A DNA stretch of 62,873 nt, filler included, from Hausera hauseri (taxonomy: Eukaryota): NCBI GenBank assembly GCA_046269625.1. It is 12 parts of 12 records of this genome, joined end to end, with 100 filler letters (N's around TTAATTAATTAA, not from the genome) between each part and the next. Parts side by side here need not be neighbours in the genome. Positions count along the whole stretch, not along the records: positions 49,935 to 53,880 come from JBJURY010867073.1; positions 53,981 to 62,873 come from JBJURY010509905.1; 10 more parts are not named here. One strand, 5' to 3'. Of the stretch, positions 50,168 through 62,040 are shown one piece after another. A program made the position numbers and the translations under genes. Positions within the stretch are counted from its first letter, which is position 1; each line of letters opens with the position of its first letter. Under the pieces are notes generated by a model. It was not told where the DNA came from and did not search any database. It was given only the letters and a program-made list of their open reading frames with translations.

Positions 50168-52273
50168 TTACAATGCTACATGTCGGTCAGGTAGTGTATG
50201 AATTCCATCACCCAGAATCTTGTGCTTGTTGTACATCCAATCTAGGCTTTTCTTATGCAGTGTTCCTGTTTCGTTGTTATGATCTCTAGATTGGATCATT
50301 CGCATTTCTGAAATAATGTGAGTCTGCACATGCAGAACTCTCACATAGTCCTCAAAACTGATCTTCTTGGACAATGTAGCCCTTTGAACGTCCTTGACTC
50401 ATTCGCGTACATCTTAAATCTGAGAGCTACAAATCTCGAGATAACTGCTCCATTCACTTCGTCTTTAAATTTCCCAAGGACTTTCTTATTGGCAATTGAA
50501 TAGTTGGGATGACCATTTGGATAGTCCGAGGTATCCATGTGTTTAGTCAATTGGGCAAAGTCCTCATAAATATCATTTGTATGGATCTCATAGATACAAC
50601 TATCAGTATTCATGTACATCAGCTGCATGTATTTGAACTTGGGGACCGTGATGTCATAATGAAAACTGTACATCAAGGTCGTTGATAGATCCAATATTGC
50701 CATATTCACATATATGGGTTTATTGAATACAACTGCTGTTTTCAGTATATGAATGTCTACTAAGTTCTCAATATATATGGTGCTGCTATGGAAGTTATGC
50801 TTGGCAATAAACTTCTTTGGCCTCTTCCATTCATGTACTAGCTCAATGTTGATTTTGTTGCGGATATTCTCCATGGTCTTGCCGAAAACGCTGTTATTAT
50901 ATAGCTTGAATTGGTCTTTCTCAAAGTCGTTCTTGGCATTAGTCCGCAGCTTCGTATTGAGATTTGTGCATGACTGCAGCCACATGGACTGGCTGAACTG
51001 CATGGCTCTATGGATCTTAGTAATACGAAATACATGTCTAACTGCCCGCCGGAGATTGATGTAGTGAACTACATAACTCTCCCTATTACCCACATTACAG
51101 AGCAGCTTTTCTGCATTCCATGGGGCGGAGGCTTGCTCTCAGGATAGAACCTGGATATTCCATATCTACTCCTGTATGTATCCGGTATCTCCAGTGAGAT
51201 CCAGGTCCAATATGGGGATGTTTTCAGAATTCTCGACCCATTTGAAGTTATTATATCGCAATCAGAAAGGATATTGTAAAAGTCCTTGTAGTTCGGCAAT
51301 AAGGTCTCATCCAGTGTTTCCCATGAGGTTATTGAGTCATAGGGAAACACGCATTTCCTTTTAACCAGGTCAGAGGTAGTGAGGAAGAACCGTTTCGTCT
51401 CCTTGAGTTCTTCTTCAAGGAGGTTCTTCACTAAACTGTCCAGTGACGAGCTCATGAAGCGGAAGCCATCAATGAAGCGAAGTCTGATGCGGCCCACATG
51501 CTTCGTAAATGTGATATACTTCTCCTCATTGTTTGGAACCACATCAATATTAAAATCAATGTTGCTTAATTCTCGGACAATGAAGTGGGAATCATAGACA
51601 CTGAGATTATAGAACACTATAGGCACATACGTGCATGTTTTGCAACGAAGATTGCAGTTTTTGCATACCTCGCTACGATATGCACCTGTAAAATGGCAGT
51701 GATCCTTTACTTTATAATTTTCCTTGGTGAAGGACTTGTCGCACAAGTAACATGATGTTGCCTTGATCAATTATTCTTGTTTTCACGACATGCTCATTGT
51801 ATTATTATGTTGCTGAAGCATGTTTTCAAGCTTATGAGCCATGTCTTCAAGTCGTTTCATGAAATGTGCTGCTGCCTCTGGACCTCTGAATAGAAATGGT
51901 TCACTGTCCAGTCCTTTGGCATACATACAAATAGCATATTAGTATGCCGTTATGCTGCTATGTTGAGGATTGGGAGTACAACTCTGAACTGGCCGGAGAA
52001 TAGCTTCAAAATCGCAATAGATAACTATTGGGACCTTGATCTTCTTCTCGAACTGTTTGAATTCAATTTTGTCCTCCTTGGGAAATTCTGGTCTTACACA
52101 GTAATTGTTGTTGCAGTACATTTTGTGCTAGGCAAGCTTGTCCACTGCTGAATCACCACTGAAATGAGACAGGCATCGCTTACATATTTCTATTTGTCCA
52201 TGATAATTCATAATTTGGGATCTGACTAGACGTTCAAAGATCTTAATCCAAACATAATGTTTCTTTTCCCCAT
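50168..52273 (-). pseudogene. Polinton/Maverick pPolB (copy 3), close relative of copy 2, with an internal deletion and cut by an LTR element
   Basis: YCDFEA, KDHCHFTGAYR, FYNLSVYDSHF, FIDGFRFM, VFPYD, then a deletion at ~51250 removing ExoIII to motif A, then KLYNNSVFGKTMEN, YMNTDS, LGKFKDE. Obvious nucleotide similarity to 32500-33165. Confidence 0.93.
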
Positions 52274-52505
52274 TGTAAGGAGGAATTTAAACGGATATTA
52301 ATGTTTAAATTCAATTCAAAGTTAATTCAATAAATAACCAATAAAAAGTTGGGAAATTCAGGAAAGGAAAAAAATAAGACTCATTTAATGAGTGAAGAAG
52401 ATAATTTTTATACCAACTTTTATAACAAATATCTTACGGATAATTTTGTTTTACAATCATCAAGTCAGGATGAGCTCGGGATGGTAGAGACACGTTTTAC
52501 TCTCA
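52274..52505 (+). mobile_element. 5' LTR (232 bp) of a Ty3/gypsy-type element inserted in pPolB
   Basis: TG...CA termini. PolB homology stops exactly at 52273. Homologous to 4605-4836. gag starts about 40 nt downstream. Confidence 0.85.
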
Positions 52506-52546
52506 TCGCGATCAACGCTTCAAGAGACTTCTTCGAGAAGAAATTG

Positions 52547-53880
52547 ATGCCGAGAGAATTCAAGAAAGGCGACCACGTGGAAACCTTTATTGGAAAATGC
52601 GAGAGATACTTCGACTTCATAAAGATGTCGGAGGCGGACTGGGAAACCGCGGTCCTGTGCCTTTTGTCAGAAGAAGCACAGGAGAAATACCATTTGGTGA
52701 GCCAGAAGGTGAAAGGTTACCAAAACCGGTTGAGAAGGGCCTTTGCAAAACCGACAACGCTGTGTGGAGATCTCCAGGAGGCCTTGGACTACAGAATGAG
52801 GGGGGCAGAACCCGCAGCCTACTTCAACAAAATTGAACAGCTGGCGAAAAGCATCTTTAGACACAAAGTAACACTGGAAGCTCCAATAGAGGAATTGATG
52901 ATCCACTGTTGTGGCGATCTGGAGTTAAGAAAAGAAATCTACCGCAGCGACGAAAAAAACTTAAAACAAATCAAAGAAAAAATACACAAATTTCACGAAG
53001 TGGCAAAGAAGACGCAACAGATAGACACAGTCAAAGAATACACTAGATACGGTCGACGGAGTTACCGGGATGTGGCAATGCAGAAACTTGACAAATCAAG
53101 ACAGGAAAGGAAGGATTTCAAACTGCAAAATACACAGGCAAACAATAAAATGAAATGCTGGTCGTGCCAGAAGGACGGGTATACAAGCAGGACATGCAAC
53201 CTCCAAGAAGCAACAAGATGTTTTGGTTGCGGAAAGAAGGGCATATTAACAGGAATTGCCCGAAAGGAAACCCATAATATGCTACGGGTGCGGTCAGCAA
53301 GTACACATAAGACGAAATTGCATAAACGTAAAATGCAATAGGTATCACAATAGAGGGCACAGGAAAGAAGAATGTTATACAAAATTTGACAAGAGAAGAA
53401 GAGGACAAAAAACGCATACAGAAAATTACAAAAGTGAGGGTACAATCAGAAAATATATGGAGAGAGGATAAACAACAGGCACACATACATTGCAAATGTT
53501 GATGAAAACTATGAAGAATCCATCATAGAGTCGACAACCCCAAAAGGCAGATCCTCAATAAAAGTGGAGCTAGTCGGGGCATTACATTAAACAACTCCAA
53601 AGGCTCCAGAAACACTGAAAGGAACGGACAAGGTATTGAAGAAATGAAGGAAAGAACAGAGGAAAAGTTACGGAGGTTCATAAAAAGGAAATGTTTGGGG
53701 ACAGAAACAAAGGTAGTACGATTTACGAAAAGTCAAAACGAGAGCCTCCATGAAGAGAGGATTTTTCCCATGGAAGGACTGACGGAAAAGCAGATCACGT
53801 ACTATAAACTACAAGGACGGCCAGGTATAAAAATAAAGATACAAGGTAGATGGGAAGACTGCCTATTGGACACAGGAGCA
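52547..53880 (+). pseudogene. Ty3/gypsy-type gag with four zinc knuckles and the start of the aspartic protease
   Basis: MPREFKKGDHVETFIGKCERYF capsid-like start. Knuckles CWSCQKDGYTSRTC, CFGCGKKGHINRNC (frameshifted), CYGCGQQVHIRRNC and CNRYHNRGHRKEEC. Protease motif CLLDTGA at the contig end. Confidence 0.88.
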
Positions 53881-53980
53881 NNNNNNNNNNNNNNNNNNNN
53901 NNNNNNNNNNNNNNNNNNNNNNNNTTAATTAATTAANNNNNNNNNNNNNNNNNNNNNNNNNNNNNNNNNNNNNNNNNNNN

Positions 53981-55503
53981 ATTCTTCATGCTGCAGAATC
54001 ACAGGTAGCAGGGCTGATTGCACGGGCTGTGACCTTAGCTGGGTGCCATCTGATTTGCCCACAAACATAACCGAACTAATTCTAACAGCCAACTTCATTA
54101 GTAGTCATGCTCTATATCCTCGAGTGTTTGCAAATTATGCACAATTGACTGTTCTATATCTTGACTCAAACAGCATTACACATCTGACTGAAGGTATGTT
54201 CGAAGGGCTAGAGAATTTGAAAACCCTCAACCTGTATAATAACAGCATTAGTTTGAACTATGATCTCAATGAATCTAATGTATTTTCACCTCTAAGTGAT
54301 TGTTTGGAGATTCTCGTTATGAACAAGAACACCGACGATGTTTATTACGAGTCATTAATGTATCCAGATCAGGCACTTTCTGTTTTGAAACATCTGACTC
54401 AACTACATATTGACGGCTTGAAACACAGAATCTTTGGCAAAGGTTTTAATAATCTCACAAATTTAACATACTTGTCGCTAGCCGGTTACCCCGATGGCTA
54501 TTGTAATATGATTTCTATCACTAATTACACGTTTGAGCATTTAATGCATCTCACATACCTGAACATATCTAGCTGTAATCTCATAGGATCGAAAACTCAA
54601 GCAGATGCCTTTCACCGCCAGAGAAAACTGGAGATTTTAGATGTTTCAAACAATACCAATCTTGGTATCGAAGCTGTCGGAAACTTTATGTACGGATTAA
54701 GAAATAACACAAATCTTATACGTTTAAAAATGCAGAGAATAGTCAAACGATTCACTCCGTGTGTTGTGATCTATAATTACACACTACGATACTTCGGACA
54801 AACGGGTCTGAAAGTAATTGAGGCAATGAACAATGAAATTGAGATGATCGAGGCAGGGGCATTAGAGATGCTACCAAAGACGCTCACAGAAGTTAACATC
54901 ACGAACAATAGGATCATGTTTGGAGCTTATTGGGAAGATATGGCATCCTTAACAGGACTAAAGATGTTACATCTTGATGGCTATCTCACTCCTGAAAAGT
55001 TTCCTCTCTTTTTTCCGTCCAAAAATCTGCATTGCCCGTCTCCGGGAACAGAAAGTGACAGTGATGTTGCAACAGAGAAAAATGACAAGAAATGTATCTG
55101 TGGGCCAGGTACGTGTTTATCAGAAAAGGAGGAATTTACACTGCCCTTACCGCCTAATCTAATAAATTTTACCATGCATGGTAATTCGCTTGCTTATAAT
55201 GTCAATAATATCAGATTTTGTCCCACGAACAACCTGACAAGTGTTGACCTGACGGGAAACATGTTTCAACGGCTTGAAGGGCCAATCGTCGGACTTAACA
55301 AAATCCAGTACTTGAATTTATCAAGTTGTTTTATACAAACGATCGAAGATAACTTTTTTGACAACCTCACAAGTTTAGTTCATCTCAACTTATTTCAGAA
55401 CTTGCTAGGTGACCGTGTCAACAATGATACAGAGGGAAATATTTTTGACAAACTCAGTAATTTGAAATATTTGAATGTTTCGTTCAAAATTACCTTCCTA
55501 TAG
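53981..55503 (+). CDS. Toll-like-receptor-type leucine-rich-repeat ectodomain fragment (both ends missing)
   Basis: LRRNT-like CCRITGSRADCTGCDLSWVPSDLPTNITEL. Many LxxLxLxxN repeats (LTVLYLDSNSI, LKTLNLYNNSI, LVHLNLFQNLL) and many N-glycosylation sites. Intronless. No LRRCT, TM or TIR before the stop. Confidence 0.8.
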
Positions 55504-56315
55504 AGAATTTCATCAGAATCGGCGTTTAGAAATAGTGTCCCTTGTTAATAATTATTTTAAAACTAGAATTATTGTTGACAATTGAATTGTAATATAAAGC
55601 TTTGTAATTTTTATTTTTGTCGTTGCATAAGATGGAAACGCACTGTTACACAATAAAAAATTCTTGTCCTGTACGTAATCAGCGAACCACGATGTTCCAA
55701 AATGCGATTGTTATCTGCATAACTCTGTCTTCCCCGAACGTATATTCCTGAATCCATAACAATTGTCTGAATTTGTCCCTCTTTTACTGACTAAAATAAT
55801 GTCTTGTACATCTTTTGAAACGCTTTCGAACAACACAAGATATCCTTTCAAACAATTATTGATTTACATCCTCCTCTCATTTAAATGAAGTGTCGACATT
55901 TTAGTCATTTTAAATATCCATGAGAGATTTTACTGAGTCTAGATTTTAGGATTGATTATCGCTTCATGTTCTCACCAAGTATTGGTGCTATGCAGGCATT
56001 GACTTTTCTCATCAGAAACTCGATGGAAAACCCACGAAGTGAAGCCTTTTTATCGAGAAAAGATGAATTTAAGCATCTGTTTAGTCTGCAATTCAAGGTT
56101 AATTTTGTATTTCATATTTGATTTTCATTCTACATTTATATTTAATGATAACTTTTTAATAATTGCTGGTTATTTGTTCCCGCTTTCGTGCAAAGAAATG
56201 AACTGCCAATTGTATTACTGAAAAATAATATTTAAAACGAAAAATCTAAAATCGGTTTTATGCAATCTTTTATTCAAATCCCTTAAAATTCTCGTCAAAT
56301 TCTCTTTCCGTCATT

Positions 56316-57250
56316 TCAATTAATTCGTCGGATCAATTGCTTTTTCCACTGAATTTTCTGCATTGTCGTCCGGGGAGTAATCATAAATTCCTGCTTTAGG
56401 GAATCCATTTTTAATGCATTTAATAGATATTTCATCCAAACTTTCTTTGATCCAATTGCAAATTTCACTATAATTCGCTCTTTTTTGTGTTCCATCTTTA
56501 GTAAAGTATTCATTCCTTCGGACATCCATTCTTTCCATTGTTCTTTAAGTTTAGGTTTGAAAGAACAATTGAGAGTTAGATCCAGAAGTTGAAGTTTTCT
56601 GGTTAAACATCCAGGAATTATCGCCAATTTTGAATACAACCTTTTCTCTTTTTTTACTCCTTCCGTGATGTGATTTGTGGTAGAGTCCCAAATTAGAAGT
56701 GATTTTGCTTTACTCGTAAGTAATGCATTTTTTCGAGCGCCCCAGACATCGCTGAACTATTCTTTTATTATGGTTTGATTGATCCAATTTTTTCCCTTGA
56801 CTTTTGCAACAATTCCTTTAGAAAACACCTTTTGGCATTGTTTTCCTCTTAAAGATGACGAGTGGCGCACATTTAATTTTTCGTGACAAGTTGGTGATAT
56901 TTTCACGTCTTGTGCCATTTTTGACCACTGTATGGCGACCAACCATATCGAAACTAATAGGAACTTCGTCCATATTTTCTATTTGTTGAGAAACTATTCC
57001 TCATTTATTAGTTTCGACAGACTGTTTAAATAAAACCATCTTTACTTCCTAGTGGGCAGGAAGTTTCTGTCCAACTGACGTGACTGCACGAACCGAAAAT
57101 CCATGTCTTTTTATAAATCGATCTCATCATTGGTCACTACCTTTGAAATTAGTGATTTTCAGTTCTTCTGCTATTTCTTTCGACTTTCTTTTGATACACA
57201 TCATTTTCAACATATTCTACTATTTCTAACTTTCTTGCACTCATAATTTT
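56316..57250 (-). pseudogene. pogo/Tigger-type (DDE_1) transposase pseudogene
   Basis: NMDEVPISFD, LLIWDSTTNH and IIPGCLTRKLQLLDLTLNCSFKPKLKEQWKEWM, across broken frames. Confidence 0.85.
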
Positions 57251-57749
57251 CTTGTTTTTGAAATTTTAAGTAATGAGTTGAAAAGTAAAGTAAAAGACGA
57301 ATTTAAACAAAATTACATTAAAATTCAAAATCACCTATTTTTTGCTCGCGATACACGAGTGTCACGTTAATAATTAAATTGATTTTCATTTACAGTGTTT
57401 TTGTAGGGGTGGGCGTTATTGATGGGATTTTAGGGTATATTAGGGGATTATATATGCTGATTAATAATATGAAAATACTTTTTGCCGAGAAAGCCAAAAT
57501 AACGCATCTGGAGCCTTTAAATGAGACAGCGTTTTGAGCTTGTTCAAATCTCCACAATGTTTAGAAATTTCGAATTTTTACAAAATTTTCATTATTTTTT
57601 GGAGTTAGTATTCTTTTAATATTCGATTTATAGCGTTTCTTTATGATCTGCCGAAATAAAAAATATTCATCGAATATAGACTGTGGTCAAAATTTATTCA
57701 CGAGGGAAAATGCTATTGTAAAAAATATGCTATTGTAAAGCAGGTTACA

Positions 57750-58010
57750 AACTCCAACGTTTGTCGCCGACGTTTTATGATGAAGTTTGTTGAAGAATTG
57801 TCGCAAATAAACAATTTACAACCTGATACTGAGCATAATGGTGTCAATTTGGCACAGCCTTAAGAACCTTTACCTAAGCGTCGTTTCCAGTGTAGTACTG
57901 GCGTTTGCAACAAAAACAGGATAATGGATGGGTATTCCAAATAAAAGAAACCACTATGTGGACGGTGTGCAGTGAAGCAGGGTATTGTTTGCCCTAAATG
58001 TGATAATTGA
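57750..58010 (+). pseudogene. piggyBac C-terminal cysteine-rich domain remnant
   Basis: RRRFMMKFVEEL...RRFQCSTGVCNKNR...KKPLCGRC...VCPKC pattern. Confidence 0.5.
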
Positions 58011-61000
58011 TCATTCTGTGACAGAAACTCCACATTTTGTATAAGGTATGTTTTAATAAAGGGCCATTAAATTCGATTTTAATAATATTCCATATAGTTG
58101 GTATATGGATGGTACAATTTGTCAATTGATTTTTTGTCCCCAACATAATTTAAATGTGATACAATTCATTTACTTCATGATGGATATAGTGCTAATGCGT
58201 ATAGGGTCGCAAGTTCGATGGCGGTACGGTCACCGAAGTCAGCCTGCGCCTAGAAATTCCGTAATACCTCCGTTAAGTTGTCCCTTTTCTTCTTATTTTG
58301 TCCAGTATAAAATCTTCATATGGATTAACCTGATACTTCACCGATTTACAGCAATTTCTTACCTGACGCTTAACGGACGTTACTAACCGATATTAGTATA
58401 ATTCCATTTAATTTTGCTCTATGATATTGGATTTATACAACCAATCAATTTGACACTAAATGACGAAATATTAAGCGTGGGTTTTTCAAAGGTTTTTCAA
58501 TGATTTTACACAGTTTAACTGTCATAGAGACCTGATCCAAACTCCACTGTCCGGTGGCAATCTTCCAGCGGAGATATTTGCAATTGCGGCATCCATTGTA
58601 AGATATCCACTGGTGATCCATTATTAGCCGTTAACGGTTGGTAGCACTCAATCACAAGGTAAACACTCAAGGAATCACATCTCTTGAAAGATATAATTTG
58701 TCAGAAAAATTACAATGATTCCTTGACATTTTATCATTACTACTATTATCAACTCGACATCATTAAATTTCATTGACTAATATTTACTCTTATAAACAAA
58801 CCTTACAACATAAACAGCGGCTATCTGATTAATAATTACATTAATTAGCATTACACACTTCCCAATTAAGCAGCTTAATCTATTTCATGGAATACTAGTT
58901 GAATAGCATAATTTCAATTGAAGCATAATTTACCGGAGTTTTCTCTGTTTTGTATTTCGGTAAATTCTTCATTCCGTTCAGCCATGTTATCTTAATACTG
59001 GTATAACAAATCGGTGGTTGGAATCAAAAGGAATAAGGTAGTATATTGTGAACGAAAATCGGCTTAGCTATTCGGTTGGAAATTCATAAATATCACACTT
59101 TATTTCTTGTAGTACTTGTTAACCAAAAAATCAAAATCGAGTACTCGGTGATTCTAACGACAAGTGTAATGTCAATTGCCAATTAAACATTAACAAACCT
59201 AGTAATAATAATAATAATAAGAATGATCTTCCATTAAGCTTTCTTCGGTAAATAATTCTATCGTTAGGAAGTAATTTCTCTAAAGGAAATTTACTAAGTC
59301 TTGAAATTATTGTCTGTCTTGGTTGTGAGAATGGTTTATATACCATTTTCATTTCGTTTACCGAAATCCATTGTCGATTTTGATAGTCGAATGGATCGGA
59401 CTTCTCGCTATTGCTTGATTTCTATATTGATTTTTGATAATCTATTAACTGTTGTCTGCCTGGTTGTCGAGGGATTTTTTGTAATCAATTCTGGAAATCC
59501 GAGTTGACAGATTTCGATAATTTTGTTTGTTTTGATAATTCGTTTGTATTGATAATTCGGTAGCTGTTATCGCTCCGGTTTATATGGGCTTGGTTAATTA
59601 GCGTGATCTGTGGTTTTTTGGAGGTTTACCTAATGTAATTGTGAGGATATAATCGAGAACTGAAATTCTAAAATGACCATGAATTTAAATTAAAAATGTA
59701 ATATTAAAAGTATAATTTAATTTTGGAATTTTCGGAAAATTTGTTTCCAAATGAGTATTTTGAGACAATAAAATTTTCAAAAGCTTGTGTTACTTTGCAA
59801 TGAGTAATTACAAGCGATCAAATTCTGATTTAGCAGACATACCAGGGGGCTGGGATTTTCTAACCCTACTCAAGCTGTGCGGCGATGTGGACGGCGTGCA
59901 TGCGCCCGCGGCCAACATGGCGACCATGCCAGGACGAGATCTAGTATGACCATCAGAGTAACAGTAATATTTTAGGGTTTTCAAAATCTTGTTTGGATGG
60001 ATTTTATAGGGATTTGGACTAAGGTAACATAGTGGATCGTTGTGATTGATAAATGGGGTGATCTTAATTAACATGATCAATTTATATTGCAGATGCGGGT
60101 TTGATTAATTTTCTAAATATTTAGTTTGTGTTAGTTATTTGATTAATTATTTCGCCTCTCTGTGTAACAACTCATACATAAACAGGTATCGCAGAGATAC
60201 TCATCAAAGGTTTGACAATGACATGAAAGTAATACAATTATATATACAAGGTTTATTAATTATTACAATAATCTCATTGTCATAGTCTTTTAATATTGAA
60301 TTAATTGTTAATGTTTGAATTTTATTTTGGGATTGGATTGACTGGAATTTAATATCTATTTTTCTGGTTGGACTGGTGGTTTGTATTCGGGTTTGAATTT
60401 GTATTGGAATTAATTGAAAATTCGAATTTTTTGGGGCTTTGGTATTTTGGGTATATGTTAATTAACAAACCCTAACAATATCTTATTCTGTTTTTGGAAT
60501 CTTAAAACATCATTTACATAGACCTAAAAATACTGAGCCGTCAATTGACAGTTACTGTCGTTTTAGAATCTCAAAGTATATGCTATTTAGTCTTAATTTC
60601 GATTAATTCGTTAGACTAAGGTGTACTAAGTATCCCTCTACCAACTGGGTGAGGCATTGGTACTAATATTGATATATCTGTATTCACGTTAAGGCATACA
60701 GTCAAAATACATAAGATTTTCAGATATCAACTCAACTATTCGTAAATGTACCTTGTCACTCGCAAAAGGCTTAGGATAGAATTTGGTGATTATTATTTAG
60801 TAAATACAGAATTTCTTAATTTAAGTTTTCTGTTGATCAAGTGAATTTCTGCATCAAAAATAAATCACAATGAACATTCTATCAAACTTTCAGTCAATTT
60901 GGTTAGTCGCAATTTTTGAGTGTTCCTTGCAAGTGTAGTAATATGTCGATAAAAAATTATAGAATAGATGCTTACGTGTTTATTTTTATGATTTGATTTA

Positions 61001-61210
61001 TTTGTTTTGTTTTTCTTTTATAACACGTTCACTGTGGTCCCTGAGAGTATGGTATGCCGAGGTTTAAACTCTGTTATTGAAAAATTCCCAGTAAAATAAG
61101 TAGTTACTTGTAGCGTGGCAAAAGAAGTAAGCTATGGAATGTCAACTAATATCTTGAGAAAGAACAATTGTTTATTTATAGGACTGACTAATGTTTTACA
61201 TAATGATATA

Positions 61211-61850
61211 CAGTGGTGGCAAAAATTATAGGGACAAAAAGAAGTCAAGAAAAATGCAGAATATAAACGGTATGTAAACAGTAGGTGGAAAGGGCACTGC
61301 GCCAATACCCCTCCTCCCCGCGGAGGAAAAATTGATGAGGTTCACGAATGAGTCGTTGGGTAGAAAAAACGATACACATATACACTTTTAATGGGGCAGA
61401 GATGGGAGACATACAGTCATGAAAGTGATACACACAAGCACGCATACTGCATGGATTCGGAGTGGCTTAAAACATTTGAATTTCGCGCCGCACATTTTTT
61501 GTTTAAATTTTGGTAGTCGGGTATAAATATAGTCCTTAAAATCATATGAATGTAAAATGCCTCAGACAAATGACTCAAAAACATTGTCTTATTTCAAAAT
61601 GCGAATGGCTGCTGCTTCAGTGTTGTTACAGTTGAAAGAAATTCACGGAGCCTTGAATGAAGTGCAAAACTTGTTGTCTACAAATGACGATCTTCTGCAT
61701 GTGACACCAGAGATATTGTTGGAAGTGATACGTAACAGATTGATTAATGTCAGTCCAATGATCGGTAAAATAATCGGAATGGTGGAAGAATTGCAAAATA
61801 ATCAGAAGGAACTGAACAGTGCAATTAATGACTTTACTAAATATGGACAA
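61211..61850 (+). mobile_element. Left end of an element with a Tc1-like TIR, carrying a non-transposase ORF (61557-61853)
   Basis: TA|CAGTGGTGGCAAAAATTATAGGGACA resembles Tc1-family termini. TATAAATA at ~61523 precedes a helical 98-aa ORF whose stop is the TAG of the neighbouring element's terminus. Confidence 0.4.
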
Positions 61851-62040
61851 TAGGGATATGACAATTTTTAAAGACCCTATCCCCATGTTATTTTTTGTGG
61901 AGTTTTAATGCAAAGATCAAGAAAATACTAATGGCAAGTGTTGGCATTAAAAAAATGTCACCCCCTTAATCAAATTTAAATATATAAAATTATACATTGT
62001 ACAAATTAATTTTTTAATCATAAATACAAACATACAGGTT

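Noticed and set aside
52349-52546. N-terminal 66 aa of the predicted 330-aa gag ORF
   Set aside because: Most of this stretch lies inside the LTR. The likely start is the ATG at 52547.
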